From positions 1 to 25,383 of IMG/VR virus record IMGVR_UViG_3300037478_000268: a DNA stretch of 25,383 nucleotides; one strand, 5' to 3'. Both the position numbers and the translations under genes were made by a program. The number at the start of each line of letters is the position of its first letter. Position 1 is the stretch's first letter. Below are positions 24,364-25,383 of the stretch, piece by piece. This DNA is from a virus. Lineage: Duplodnaviria; Caudoviricetes. The notes beneath the pieces were generated by a model. That model was not told the DNA's origin, searched no databases, and saw only the letters and a program-made list of their open reading frames with translations.

Positions 24364-25383
24364 TGGCCGGCGGCGTGAGGACAATCCGCACAAAATTTAC
24401 CGGCGACACCCGCGACATCGAGAAAGCGTCCAGGCGCGCCCGGGGTGCCGTGGGCGGGTTCGCCGGCAAGCTCGGCGGGGTGCTGAAGACCGCAGCCAAG
24501 GCCGGCGCGGTCGCGGTCGCCGGCGTGGCGGTCGCCGCCGCGGCGCTCGGGCCGAAGCTGATCCAGCAAACCGGCGCGCTGGAGCTACAGGCCGCCAAGG
24601 CGAAGACCGTCTTCGAGGACCAGATCGGCGTGGTCGAGAAGTGGGCGCGCAAGAATGCGGCAGCCATGGGACTCACGTCCCGCGAAGCGGTCAACCTCGC
24701 CGGCGGGTTCGCTGACCTGCTGAAGCCGATGGGCTTCTCCGCCAAACAGGCCGCCGGCATGGCCACCGACGTGGTGGGCCTGTCGGGGGCGCTGTCTGAG
24801 TGGTCCGGTGGCACGGTCGACGCGGCCGGGGTCGCCGACATCCTGTCCAAGGCCATGCTGGGCGAACGGGAGGGGCTGAAGCAGCTCGGCATATCCATAT
24901 CGGAGGCTGATGTTCAGGCGCGGCTGGCCAAGAAAGGCCAGGATGGGCTGACCGGCGCGGCACTGGCGCAGGCCAAGGCGACCGCCACCCAGGAACTGAT
25001 CTTCGAGAAGTCGACTGACGCGCAGAAGGCGTACGCCAAGGGCGCCGGTTCGCTGTCGCGGCTGATCGCCACCGGGAAGGCGAAGCTGCGCGAGTTCGCC
25101 CAGGAGATGATCCTGAAGGCGACCCCGGCGATCAAGACCGCCGCGAAGTGGGTGAAGCGGGAACTGGTGCCCCGGCTGCGGGACCTGGCCACGTGGGCGC
25201 AGGAGAAGCTGATCCCGGCGTTGAAGGACATGGCCGCGTGGTTCGGTGAGCACATAGTGCCCAAGCTGCAGGCCGTTGCCCGGTTCATCGGTGACAAGGT
25301 GGTGCCCGCGATCGCCGGGCTGGTCGGCTGGATCGAAAAGAACCGGGAGATCATCCCGGCCGTGGGGATCGCCATCGCCGCGC
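24363..25383 (+). CDS. Tape measure protein, N-terminal half (runs off the window and joins 1..897)
   Basis: TAATG coupling. MAGGVRTIRTKFTGDTRD...KTVF...MGF...KAMLGEREGLKQLGISI. Open to the window end; 894 nt to position 25257 keeps frame with ORF 1..897. Confidence 0.9.
   Translation, partial: MAGGVRTIRTKFTGDTRDIEKASRRARGAVGGFAGKLGGVLKTAAKAGAVAVAGVAVAAAALGPKLIQQTGALELQAAKAKTVFEDQIGVVEKWARKNAAAMGLTSREAVNLAGGFADLLKPMGFSAKQAAGMATDVVGLSGALSEWSGGTVDAAGVADILSKAMLGEREGLKQLGISISEADVQARLAKKGQDGLTGAALAQAKATATQELIFEKSTDAQKAYAKGAGSLSRLIATGKAKLREFAQEMILKATPAIKTAAKWVKRELVPRLRDLATWAQEKLIPALKDMAAWFGEHIVPKLQAVARFIGDKVVPAIAGLVGWIEKNREIIPAVGIAIAA
25257..25383. repeat. Terminal direct repeat, right copy
   Basis: Identical to 1-127. 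Confidence 0.95.

Noticed and set aside
25257-25383. Biological terminal repeat of the virion DNA
   Set aside because: It falls mid-TMP and its 127-bp length matches a typical assembler k-mer, so it is best explained as a circular overlap.

Overview
The window is an apparently complete, circularly assembled temperate siphovirus-like phage of a high-GC actinomycete. Bases 1-127 repeat exactly at 25257-25383, giving a 25,256-bp genome with the tape-measure gene split across the junction. Gene order: tail genes (including a zinc-carboxypeptidase/LamG/baseplate-hub fusion), lysis cassette, attP (3' half of tRNA-Val TAC), tyrosine integrase, Cas4-like nuclease, SSB, HARP/J-domain protein, primase-polymerase/helicase with an inverted-iteron origin, HNH, a divergent Zn-finger/ribbon-helix-helix pair, terL-terS on the opposite strand, then head and tail genes. 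The most unusual features are: (1) portal, prohead protease and major capsid form one 1047-codon ORF with two internal in-frame RBS+ATG starts; (2) the terminase operon is inverted and diverges from the head operon across three 15-bp palindromes at 31-bp spacing; (3) no cI/Cro-type HTH repressor is recognisable, and the only evident transcription factor is a 51-aa RHH protein missed by the ORF track. All protein calls come from motif recognition by eye and synteny; no database searches were run.
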